Positions 1 through 8,462 of a stretch of 64,000 bases of DNA are shown here, piece by piece (the first letter of the stretch is position 1; the number at the start of each line of letters is the position of its first letter). The notes below the pieces were generated by a model. That model was given only the letters and a program-made list of their open reading frames with translations. It did no database searches and had not been told where the DNA came from. The stretch is taken from NCBI GenBank assembly GCA_001789645.1, contig MGAG01000003.1:7843-71842 (forward strand), given 5' to 3'. This DNA comes from Candidatus Roizmanbacteria bacterium RIFCSPLOWO2_01_FULL_37_12 (GTDB lineage Bacteria > Patescibacteriota > Microgenomatia > UBA1406 > GWC2-37-13). The translations under genes and the position numbers were made by a program.

Positions 1-1
1 A

Positions 2-724
2 ACATCAATCATCAGTTCTGTAGGTAATGATCATTATGGGCAATTCATTAAACAAACTTTTATCAAAAATAATATTAACATACAAAATCTTAGGGAAGAC
101 TCATCTGAAAGCTCAGTACATTTTGTCGTGATAGCCAAAAAAACCCAATCAAGAACAATATTTAAAAAAAAGAATCATCTTAAAGTTTTAGCAGAGTTTT
201 CCCCATTTCATAAATTTACGATTCAAAACTCTAAAATATTAGTTCTCGACCGGAATGTAGATAACGAGCAAATAAAAGCTATAAATTGGGCAAAAAAACA
301 TAAAGTAAAAGTGGCATATGACCCTTCGGATAAATATAATTCATTTACACTTAAAATGATCCAATTGGCGGATATTTTTATCGCTCCTCTCGGATTTATC
401 AATCATTTAAAAAATAAATCTAACCCCGAACACGCTTTGAAAGAACTGTGGATGCTTAATAAAAAAATAGTTGTCTTAACTTTGGGTCCCAAAGGTTCAA
501 TGGCAACCGATGGAAAATCAATAGTTTACGAACCACGAATCAATCAGGTACGTGTAGTTGACACTAATGGAGCAGGGGATGTATACTATGGCGCATTTGT
601 TTACGGGGTTTTAAAAAATTGGAATCTTAAGAAAAAATTAACTTTTGCCAATAAAATCGCGGCGTTAAAATGTTCAATACTGGGAAATGATTTTAAAAAA
701 CTGAATTTGAAAAAATATAGATAA
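2..724 (+). CDS. PfkB-family carbohydrate kinase (5' end cut by window edge)
   Basis: Reading frame is open from nt 2 (..SSVGNDHYGQFIKQ..) into listed ORF 128..724. C-terminal DTNGAGDVYYGAF matches the PfkB signature DTxGAGD. Stop TAA shares its last A with the next ATG. Confidence 0.8.
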   Translation, partial: TSIISSVGNDHYGQFIKQTFIKNNINIQNLREDSSESSVHFVVIAKKTQSRTIFKKKNHLKVLAEFSPFHKFTIQNSKILVLDRNVDNEQIKAINWAKKHKVKVAYDPSDKYNSFTLKMIQLADIFIAPLGFINHLKNKSNPEHALKELWMLNKKIVVLTLGPKGSMATDGKSIVYEPRINQVRVVDTNGAGDVYYGAFVYGVLKNWNLKKKLTFANKIAALKCSILGNDFKKLNLKKYR

Positions 725-2547
725 TGTCAAAAAAAATTAAAGTTTCCGATCTGGTAATTAAATTTCTTGAAGATCTGGGTCTTACCCATATTTTTCTAAT
801 TTCCGGAGGCGGAAATATTCATCTCATCGACTCTGTAGGTAAAGCTAAAAAATTAAAATACGTCTGCAATCATCACGAACAGGCCTGCTCGACAGCCGCT
901 GAGGGATATGCCAGAATTCACGGATTGGGAGCTTGCCTGGTAACCACAGGACCGGGCGGCACAAACGCCATAACCGGAGTGCTCGGTGCTTATCAGGACT
1001 CGATTCCAGTAATCGTAATCTCCGGCCAGGTCAGAAGAAATACAATCGGAGCAGGGAAGTTTGCCAGACAGTTCGGCGACCAGGAGGTAAACATCGTCGA
1101 TATTGTCGAACCTCTGACAAAATATGCGGTAACAGTTACTGAACCTGACGAAATCCTTTACCACCTGCAAAAAGCCGCTTATCTGGCAAAAAACGGCAGA
1201 CCTGGTCCGGTTTGGATTGATATTCCGCTCGATGTCCAGGGATGGTTTATCTTTCAGAAAGATTTAAAAAAATTTAATCCAAAAGAAATAAAACCGGGTT
1301 ATCAAACAGAAAAAAAACTTATCAAAAAACTTGTCGGCAATACTTTAGATAAATTAAAAAACTCAAAAAGACCAGTTTTGTATGTGGGGAATGGAATAAG
1401 ACTTGCCGGAGCTGAAAAAGAATTGCTTAAACTTGTAAATCTTCTTAAAATTCCGGTTCTTACCAGTTATGCAGGTTACGATCTTCTTCCCTCTGATCAT
1501 CCGTATTTTTTTGGCAGGGGACACGCCTTTGGTCAAAGAGCGGCTAACTTTATTCTGCAAAACAGCGACCTGCTTATATCGATCGGGGCCAGATTTGATA
1601 TCCGAACCATTGGGTTTACTTACAAAGCTTTTGCTAGAAATGCCTACAAGATTATGGTTGATATTGACATACAAGAAATTAAAAAACCGATTTTATCAGT
1701 TGACTTACCGGTTAATTTTGACGCAAAACAATTTATTGCAGAAATGTTAAAACAGTTAAATAAAAATTCTTTACGCTTAAAAATTGCTGACTGGCTTAAA
1801 TACGGTAGAGATCTAAATAAAGAGTATCCTATTGTCTTGAAAGGCTATTGGAAAGAAAAAAAAGCAGTTAACCCGTATTGTTTTATTGAAACTGTCGGAA
1901 AATATCTTAAACCAAATGAATTAATTGTGGTTTCCGATGGGGTAGGACCATTAAACTGCATGTATCAGGCTTTTCATGTAAAATCCGGACAGAGAATTAT
2001 TCTTAATAACGGTACCGCCCAGATGGGTTATGGGCTACCGGCAGCAATCGGAGTTGCATTTGCCGCCAATAAAAAGAAAAGAATTATCTGTTTTGAAGGA
2101 GACGGAAGTCTGCAACTGAATCTTCACGAATTGGGAATAATGGCTCACTATAAACTACCGATTAAGTTGTTCTTATATAATAACGGCGGCTATTTATCTA
2201 TCATGAATACCCAGAGAGGGCTTTTCGGCGGAAAATTTGTCGGCTCTAACACGGAATCCGGCGTTCCGACTGTAGATTTTATTAAACTTGCGAAAGTTTA
2301 TGGTTTTAAAACAGTGAAAATCAAAAATCATTCCGATATGGTAAAAGGAATTAAAAAAGTCTTAAAAACTCCCGGTCCGGTTTTTTGCGAGATCAATTCA
2401 ACCAGGGATACAGTTCTTACCCCGAAACTTATGGCGCAAAAACTCCCCAACGGCCAATTTGTCTCACCACCCCTGGAAGATATGGGTCCCTTTTTGCCGA
2501 GAGATGAATTCAAAAAAAACATGTTAATTCCTCTATGGAAAGACTAA
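724..2547 (+). CDS. Thiamine-diphosphate-dependent enzyme, acetolactate-synthase large-subunit-like
   Basis: 607 aa. N-terminal GGGNIHLID..TTGPGGTNAITGV, and C-terminal GDGSLQLNLHELG...YNNGGY (ThDP/Mg GDG-X-NN motif). Size and layout match ALS/YerE-type enzymes. Confidence 0.85.
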   Translation: MSKKIKVSDLVIKFLEDLGLTHIFLISGGGNIHLIDSVGKAKKLKYVCNHHEQACSTAAEGYARIHGLGACLVTTGPGGTNAITGVLGAYQDSIPVIVISGQVRRNTIGAGKFARQFGDQEVNIVDIVEPLTKYAVTVTEPDEILYHLQKAAYLAKNGRPGPVWIDIPLDVQGWFIFQKDLKKFNPKEIKPGYQTEKKLIKKLVGNTLDKLKNSKRPVLYVGNGIRLAGAEKELLKLVNLLKIPVLTSYAGYDLLPSDHPYFFGRGHAFGQRAANFILQNSDLLISIGARFDIRTIGFTYKAFARNAYKIMVDIDIQEIKKPILSVDLPVNFDAKQFIAEMLKQLNKNSLRLKIADWLKYGRDLNKEYPIVLKGYWKEKKAVNPYCFIETVGKYLKPNELIVVSDGVGPLNCMYQAFHVKSGQRIILNNGTAQMGYGLPAAIGVAFAANKKKRIICFEGDGSLQLNLHELGIMAHYKLPIKLFLYNNGGYLSIMNTQRGLFGGKFVGSNTESGVPTVDFIKLAKVYGFKTVKIKNHSDMVKGIKKVLKTPGPVFCEINSTRDTVLTPKLMAQKLPNGQFVSPPLEDMGPFLPRDEFKKNMLIPLWKD

Positions 2548-3470
2548 AAGTCAAAAAAATATTCATCACTGGAAGTTCCGGATTTATTGGCAGAAATCTA
2601 AAGGAATATTTGCAGAAAAAATTTACGGTTTTTGCTCCATCCCATAAGCAACTTAATCTTCTTGATGCGGATAAAGTCAGAATTTATATTCTTAAAAATA
2701 AAATTAATGTTATTTTACATTGCGCACTGATCGGGGGTGGAAAAGAAGATCTGGAAATCAAAGATATAGTCTACTCTAATTTAAGAATATTTTTTAATAT
2801 CACCAGAAATTCGAAATTAGTAGACAAAATCATCCATTTTGGATCGGGTCTTGAGTACGACAAAAACAGACCTTTAAAATCCGTGAAAGAAGAAGATTTT
2901 GATAAAAAAATTCCAATGGATGAATACGGTTTTTATAAATATGTTTGCGCAAAATATTCTGAAAACTCCCAAAATATTTATGATCTGGTAATATTTGGAA
3001 TTTACGGTAAATACGAAGACTATCTTTATCGTTTTATTTCCAATTCAATCATCAAAAATCTGTTAAAAATGCCCATCGTAATAAATCAAAATGTCGTTTT
3101 TGATTATCTTTATATTAATGACCTGGTTAAAATTGTCGGGTATTTTATTTCTCACAAACCAAAATATAAAATTTTTAATTTGACTTCAGGAAAAAAAATA
3201 GATCTTCTTTCAATTGCAAAACTGATCAATTCGGTTGGCGAATTCAAATCCGAAATAAAAATCTTAAACAAAGGCTTGAATAATGAATACACCGCCAGTA
3301 ATAACAGATTGTTAAAAGAATTAACCGGATTTAAATTCACTCCGCACAGAGATACGATAAAAGAATTGTATAATTGGTATAAGAATCGGATGCATTTAAA
3401 TGAAAATAATAAAATCAAACAGGATTCGCATATCAAATTTTTAAATATCCATAAAAGTTTATATAAGTAA
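2535..3470 (+). CDS. NAD(P)-dependent sugar epimerase/reductase (extended SDR)
   Basis: N-terminal ITGSSGFIGRNL Rossmann motif and a YxxxK-type centre (YVCAK). 13-nt overlap with the upstream gene. Confidence 0.7.
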   Translation: MERLKVKKIFITGSSGFIGRNLKEYLQKKFTVFAPSHKQLNLLDADKVRIYILKNKINVILHCALIGGGKEDLEIKDIVYSNLRIFFNITRNSKLVDKIIHFGSGLEYDKNRPLKSVKEEDFDKKIPMDEYGFYKYVCAKYSENSQNIYDLVIFGIYGKYEDYLYRFISNSIIKNLLKMPIVINQNVVFDYLYINDLVKIVGYFISHKPKYKIFNLTSGKKIDLLSIAKLINSVGEFKSEIKILNKGLNNEYTASNNRLLKELTGFKFTPHRDTIKELYNWYKNRMHLNENNKIKQDSHIKFLNIHKSLYK

Positions 3471-3474
3471 TATT

Positions 3475-3540
3475 GTCATCCTGAACTCGGTTCAGGATCT
3501 GATTTGTGAAAAACAGATGCTGAAATAAATTCAGCATGAC
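3475..3540 (+). repeat. Family-A double-hairpin miniature element, copy A1 (66 bp)
   Basis: GTCATCCTGAACTCGGTTCAGGATC, a 16-nt spacer, then GATGCTGAAATAAATTCAGCATGAC. Both hairpins and the ATAT 3' flank closely match A6 (one mismatch in the left hairpin loop); the 16-nt spacers differ. Confidence 0.9.
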
Positions 3541-4222
3541 ATATAAGTTTATGAAAAAATCAAAAACTGTATTTTTAACCGGCGCCTCCCGCGGAATCGG
3601 TAAAGCTATCTTTAAAAAACTAAATAAACAAGGGTACAAAATAATTACTCCCTCAAGAAAAGAACTTGATCTCAGTGATCCGACTTCAATTAAACGTTTA
3701 ACTGAAGTGAACAAAAAATTAAAAGTCGACATTCTTATAAATAACGCCGGAATTAATCTACCCCAATGGATCGATGAACTTGAGGATAAAAACTTGGAAG
3801 AAACTCTTCGAATAAATCTAATTAGTCCAATTAGTCTAATCCGTGCTTTTGTCCCTTACATGAAACAACAAAAGTGGGGGAGAATAGTAAATATCTCATC
3901 GATGTTCGGAGTTGTTGCCAGGGGGAAACAAACACCTTACGTTGCCAGTAAACACGGTCTGAACGGCGTAACAAAAACCCTGGCTTTGGAATTAGGACCG
4001 TATAATATTCTGGTTAATTCAGTCTGTCCGGGATTTGTTAAAACCGACCTGGTATTGAGGAATCCTCCGGAAAAGCTTGCAGCTTTAGCCAAAGATGTTC
4101 CGCTTGGCCGACTGGCTGAACCCGAAGAAATCGCCGAACTTGTTTCTTACTTGATTTCCGACAAAAACTCATATATCACAGGAACCAACATCTTAATTGA
4201 CGGAGGATATACGTGCAGATAA
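3536..4222 (+). CDS. Classical short-chain dehydrogenase/reductase (FabG-like)
   Basis: TGASRGIGKA, NNAG and YVASKHG (YxxxK). The ATG at 3536 lies inside repeat element A1, so the real start may be the MKKSK ATG at 3551. Confidence 0.85.
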   Translation: MTYKFMKKSKTVFLTGASRGIGKAIFKKLNKQGYKIITPSRKELDLSDPTSIKRLTEVNKKLKVDILINNAGINLPQWIDELEDKNLEETLRINLISPISLIRAFVPYMKQQKWGRIVNISSMFGVVARGKQTPYVASKHGLNGVTKTLALELGPYNILVNSVCPGFVKTDLVLRNPPEKLAALAKDVPLGRLAEPEEIAELVSYLISDKNSYITGTNILIDGGYTCR

Positions 4223-4229
4223 TTCTTGT

Positions 4230-4302
4230 GTCATCCCCGATCTAATCGGGGATCCAGTCTGGATTTCCCTAAAGGGACTATAGCCCGCCTTCGTGGGAAT
4301 GA
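4230..4302 (+). repeat. Family-A variant element, copy A2
   Basis: GTCATCCCCGATCTAATCGGGGATC, then TCCCTAAAGGGA and CCCGCCTTCGTGGGAATGA hairpins. Confidence 0.7.
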
Positions 4303-4314
4303 AAAATGTAATTT

Positions 4315-5415
4315 ATGAAAGACCTTAAAATTAAAACCGTATTAAAAGAATATTCTGTTAAATTTGTCAACGACTTTACATTTGTAGACAACTTTTTAAA
4401 ACTGCCTTATTATAAAGTAGTCGTAGGAGAAAATGTCTATAAGATTTATAAAAAAAAGATCTTTGATAAATTTCCCAAAGATAAACTAATCATTATAAAA
4501 TTTGACGAAGAAAGAAAAACTTTAGAAACTGCCGCTTTGATCTACGAAAAATTTTTAGACCTCGAAGGCAAAAAAAATGCGACCCTTATTTCTTTTGGCG
4601 GCGGCATTAACCAGGATGTTACCGGTTTCGTAGCTTCAACACTTTATCGGGGTATAAACTGGATTCTTGTCTCAACCACACTTTTGGGAATGGCAGACAG
4701 CTCAATCGGTTTAAAAACTTCACTTAATTTTAAGTCTTACAAAAATGTACTGGGCAGTTTTTATCCCCCATCGGAGATTTATATTAACGTTAATTTTTTG
4801 GATTCTTTACCAAACGAATATTATTGGAGCGGGGTAGGGGAAATAGTTAAATTCTATCTGATGCGAAAAAATCCCTTAAAAACTTTAAAAGATTCAGTCA
4901 GAAAAATCAATATATTAAGCCAAAGAAAAAATAAAAATAAAATAACTAAAATCATTAAGGAAAGCCTGAAGATAAAGCTGGATTATATGTTGGGGGATGA
5001 ATTTGATCAGGGAAAAAGAAACCTTTTAAATTACGGACATGAGTTAGGCCATGCTTTGGAATCCTGCTCAAATTTCGACATCCCGCATGGAATTGCCGTA
5101 ATTATCGGGATTATTTTTGCTAATTTAGCCGCTCTAAACCGCCGGTTAATCACGCGTAAAACTTTCGATTACCTGAACAGTCAGTTACTTTTTCCCTGTA
5201 TTCTAAATAGCCGGATTAAATTGAGAAAAGTATTTTTTGCTTATGATTTTATTTTGGGGAAATATAAAAAAGATAAAAAAAGAGTTTCGTACAACTTACC
5301 CTTAGTCTATCCCGCTAAAAACTTCAGCTTGACAAAGACAACCGACTTTTCAGTGGACGAATTTAAGAATAACTATAGGGAATTTATTAGTCTAATAAGT
5401 CCTTATCTGATCTGA
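4315..5415 (+). CDS. 3-dehydroquinate-synthase-like sugar-phosphate cyclase family protein
   Basis: FGGGINQDVTGFVASTLYRGINWILVSTTLLGMADSSIGLKTSLN resembles the DHQS nucleotide/metal region (GGGxxxDxxGFxA..RG..PTTLLA.VDSSVGGKT). A later YGHELGHALE provides His ligands. Confidence 0.7.
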   Translation: MKDLKIKTVLKEYSVKFVNDFTFVDNFLKLPYYKVVVGENVYKIYKKKIFDKFPKDKLIIIKFDEERKTLETAALIYEKFLDLEGKKNATLISFGGGINQDVTGFVASTLYRGINWILVSTTLLGMADSSIGLKTSLNFKSYKNVLGSFYPPSEIYINVNFLDSLPNEYYWSGVGEIVKFYLMRKNPLKTLKDSVRKINILSQRKNKNKITKIIKESLKIKLDYMLGDEFDQGKRNLLNYGHELGHALESCSNFDIPHGIAVIIGIIFANLAALNRRLITRKTFDYLNSQLLFPCILNSRIKLRKVFFAYDFILGKYKKDKKRVSYNLPLVYPAKNFSLTKTTDFSVDEFKNNYREFISLISPYLI

Positions 5416-5490
5416 TTTACATCCTTTCTATAGCTTTATTTATATTGACTTCAGCAAACTATTCTGCAAAAATGCAAACTATCAACTCCA

Positions 5491-6291
5491 ATGAACACCA
5501 TCGAGCACAAAATGGTTGAACTCCTTAAAGATCTGAAGAAACACTATTCAGTAGTTGCCATAAAAGCCGAATTTGAGGCGGAAGGGTCGCGTCTTCACGA
5601 ACTCATGCGCCTCAAAGACGTTTCCGATCAAGCCGGACTGGGCATTGTCCTAAAGCTTGGGGGCGCCGAAGCAGTTACCGACCTGTTTGAGGCACAAAAG
5701 ATTGGTATTGAAGGCATCGTTGCCCCGATGATTGAAAGTGCCTACGCCCTTAAAAAATATATTGCCATGGTTGAAAATTATGTCAGTAAATCCGAAAGAG
5801 AAGAAATGCGGATAGTTGCAATGATTGAAACAAACCAAGGATATAAAAACGTGGACGCAATTTTAGCCGTTGATCAGACTAACACTGTCAATACAATTAG
5901 TGTCGGCAGGGTAGATTTTTCCGGGTCACTTGGATTAAAAAGAAATGAAATAAACTCTGATAAGGTTTATAAAATAGTTGAAGATATATTCAGCAAAGCC
6001 AAAAAGAAAAAACTAAACACTGTCATGGGGGGAGGCATAGCAAAAGAAGCAATTCCTTTTATTAAAAAGCTTATAACTAAAAAATTACTGGATCGCTATG
6101 AGACAAGAAAAATAGTCTTCTCGACCAGTGAATCCTCAAGCGCGGAAAGCATGGAAGAAGGCATAATTAAGGCAAACCTCTTTGAACTTTTATGGCTGCA
6201 GAACAAAAAAAGATATTATACTAATATCTATCTTGAAGATGACAACCGGATTGAGATGTTGATGTCCCGCATCTACAAGATAAATCTGTGA
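5491..6291 (+). CDS. HpcH/HpaI aldolase / citrate-lyase-beta-like TIM-barrel protein
   Basis: GIVAPMIESAYALKKY, RIVAMIETNQG and VGRVDFSGSLGL resemble the conserved strands of the HpcH/PEP-utilising TIM-barrel family. No closer assignment is possible by eye. Confidence 0.5.
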   Translation: MNTIEHKMVELLKDLKKHYSVVAIKAEFEAEGSRLHELMRLKDVSDQAGLGIVLKLGGAEAVTDLFEAQKIGIEGIVAPMIESAYALKKYIAMVENYVSKSEREEMRIVAMIETNQGYKNVDAILAVDQTNTVNTISVGRVDFSGSLGLKRNEINSDKVYKIVEDIFSKAKKKKLNTVMGGGIAKEAIPFIKKLITKKLLDRYETRKIVFSTSESSSAESMEEGIIKANLFELLWLQNKKRYYTNIYLEDDNRIEMLMSRIYKINL

Positions 6292-7253
6292 GAAAAAAAA
6301 TACTTTCGATTGTTGTTCCAACTTACAACGAAGAAGAAAATGTCGAGTATGCCTACAGGGAAATAAGGAAAATGCTTGCAGCTATACCCGTATATGATTA
6401 TGAAATTATTTTTGTTGACAATTATAGTTCGGATCGATCCCGGGAAATAATAAAAAAAATCACACGCAAGGACAATAAAGTTACTGCGATTTTTTTATCC
6501 CGAAATTTTACTTCTGAATATTCCTCCCACGCGGCAATGAAACAAGCTATCGGTGACATTCTCACCATCGTTGACTGCGATCTTCAGGATCATCCCTCTG
6601 TTATTCCAAAATTTATTAAACAGTGGGAAAAGGGAAATCTGATTGTTGTCGGAATAAGGAATATAATCAACGACACCTTCTTAATGAAAACCGTCAGAAA
6701 AACTTTTTATATTATTTTAAAAAAATTGGCCAACATTGATATGCCTCTCAACGCCGGCACATTCTGCTTAATTGACCGTAAAGTCCTGGACGTTATTATT
6801 GCTTTGCCCGAACGTAATCGCTTTTTTCGCGGGCTGCGCGCCTGGACAGGCTTCAAAACAGCTTATATCGAATATGAACGGAGAAAAAGAAAATTCGGTA
6901 AGACAAAAAATAGTCTTCTTGATTATATTCGGGATGCCCAAAGAGGAATTTTAGGATTTTCCTTTGTTCCACTGGATATTATGACGACTTTTGGCTTTAT
7001 ATCCGTTATTATTTCTTTCTTATTTTTACTGGGGTATCTTTTTATAGTTATATTTTTTGGAAATCCTTTAAGAGCCCAGATTCCGCTGATGTTAGCAATC
7101 GTTTTTTTCGGCGGTATTCAAATGCTTTCGATCAGTATCGTTGGAAAATATATTCAGATAATCTTTGAAGAAGTAAAAGGCAGACCGCCATATGTAATTG
7201 AAAATATTCTTAACGATCATAGAACTAAAAAATTAATTAAAATTTACAAATGA
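6288..7253 (+). CDS. GT2 glycosyltransferase, polyprenol-phosphate sugar synthase type (DPM1/ArnC/GtrB-like) with C-terminal TM helices
   Basis: LSIVVPTYNEEENV, FVDNYSSD and DCDLQD motifs. Two hydrophobic helices lie near the C-terminus. GTG start overlaps the upstream stop (GTGA). Confidence 0.85.
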   Translation: MRKKILSIVVPTYNEEENVEYAYREIRKMLAAIPVYDYEIIFVDNYSSDRSREIIKKITRKDNKVTAIFLSRNFTSEYSSHAAMKQAIGDILTIVDCDLQDHPSVIPKFIKQWEKGNLIVVGIRNIINDTFLMKTVRKTFYIILKKLANIDMPLNAGTFCLIDRKVLDVIIALPERNRFFRGLRAWTGFKTAYIEYERRKRKFGKTKNSLLDYIRDAQRGILGFSFVPLDIMTTFGFISVIISFLFLLGYLFIVIFFGNPLRAQIPLMLAIVFFGGIQMLSISIVGKYIQIIFEEVKGRPPYVIENILNDHRTKKLIKIYK

Positions 7254-7255
7254 CT

Positions 7256-7295
7256 CATTCGACAAGCTCAGAGTCATATTGAGTGCAATCGAAAT
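7256..7295. repeat. Family-B nested-palindrome element (degenerate copy B1)
   Basis: CATTCGACAAGCTCAGAGTC...CAATCGAAAT, immediately before the aminotransferase ATG. Confidence 0.5.
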
Positions 7296-8462
7296 ATGAA
7301 GTTTCCTTTAATCCAAGAGGACGAAATATTTAAACTTAAAGCCGAATTTGAATCGGATCGCAGACAGCATAAAATAAACGGAGGAATCGGTGTGTATCTC
7401 GAAAATAAAGGTACACCCTATATTTTACCGACGGTTAAAAAAACAGCTAATCGTCTTAAATTTAATAATTTTAATTATCTACCCTTATCCGGCGACCCGG
7501 CTTTCTTGGAGCAAACCGCAAAACTTGCATTAGGCAATTCTCTTTTCAAGGAAAATAACCGGTATATTGCCAAACAAGGAACAATCGGAGGGACAAATGC
7601 AATCTATATGTGGGCCAGATTTATCAAGGAAGTCGATAAAAAACCAAAGATTATCATAGCAAATCCTACCTGGGAAAATCATATCAGAATGTTTGAGTAT
7701 TTCGGATTTTCCGTAATCCGCTATCCGCATTTTACAAAAGAGAAGCAATTTAATTTCGCCGCTCTTAAAGAAATCCTGCTTAAAAATCCTGAAGCCTATG
7801 TTCTATACCAGGGTGGCCCTACGCATAATCCTTCCGGTATAAACCCCGATAATAATCAATGGAAAGTTTTAGCTGAAATTAGCAGTGAGAAAAAACAAAG
7901 CATTTTATTCGATTACGCTTATCTGGGATTGGGAAACGATATCGTCTCCGATAGTTTTTGCATACGTCATTTTATCGGGAAAAGAATTCCAACTTCATTC
8001 GCCGTCTCTTACTCAAAAAATATGACGCTTTATCAACACAGAACCGGCGCCTTATTTATTACCCTAAATTCTAATCAAGAAAAAGAGATCGCCGAAAAAA
8101 TATTACAGAATACTTTTAGATTGGTTAATTCAAACCCGGCCGCCTTCGGTGAACAAATAGTAAAAACAATATTGTCCAGCAAGGAATTGTCGGATAATTG
8201 GAAAATTGATCTGTCCTATATGCTCGCGGATCTCAACAAGAGGCGCGGTATTTTTATAAAAGAATCAGCCGGTAAATTTGACTTTCTTAAAGAGTGTCGC
8301 GGTCTGTTTGGAATGCTTTTTCTTACACCCGGCCAAATTAGCAGACTAAGAGAAAAATATGCAATCTATATTCTTTCCAATAGTCGAATTAATTTCGGGG
8401 GGATATCAATTAAAAATATAGCAAAAGTTGCAAAAGCAGTTTTAAAGTTAAAGTTAACCTAA
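7296..8462 (+). CDS. Class-I aspartate/aromatic aminotransferase (AspC/TyrB type)
   Basis: INGGIGVY, YLPLSGDP, NPTWENH, GGPTHNPSGINP and SYSKNMTLYQHRTGAL (PLP-lysine region SxSKNxGLYxxRxG). Confidence 0.85.
   Translation: MKFPLIQEDEIFKLKAEFESDRRQHKINGGIGVYLENKGTPYILPTVKKTANRLKFNNFNYLPLSGDPAFLEQTAKLALGNSLFKENNRYIAKQGTIGGTNAIYMWARFIKEVDKKPKIIIANPTWENHIRMFEYFGFSVIRYPHFTKEKQFNFAALKEILLKNPEAYVLYQGGPTHNPSGINPDNNQWKVLAEISSEKKQSILFDYAYLGLGNDIVSDSFCIRHFIGKRIPTSFAVSYSKNMTLYQHRTGALFITLNSNQEKEIAEKILQNTFRLVNSNPAAFGEQIVKTILSSKELSDNWKIDLSYMLADLNKRRGIFIKESAGKFDFLKECRGLFGMLFLTPGQISRLREKYAIYILSNSRINFGGISIKNIAKVAKAVLKLKLT

Noticed and set aside
2-2547. IolC/IolD (myo-inositol catabolism) assignment for the PfkB kinase plus ThDP enzyme pair.
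   Set aside because: The ThDP protein carries ALS-type motifs rather than what I recall of IolD. No iolB, iolE, iolG or iolJ-like genes accompany the pair.
3475-3540. Family-A hairpins acting simply as rho-independent terminators.
   Set aside because: They lack a following T-tract. They come as paired, sequence-conserved hairpins with fixed GTC...GAC termini. They also occur inside ORFs and at gene 5' ends. A terminator side-function is not excluded.
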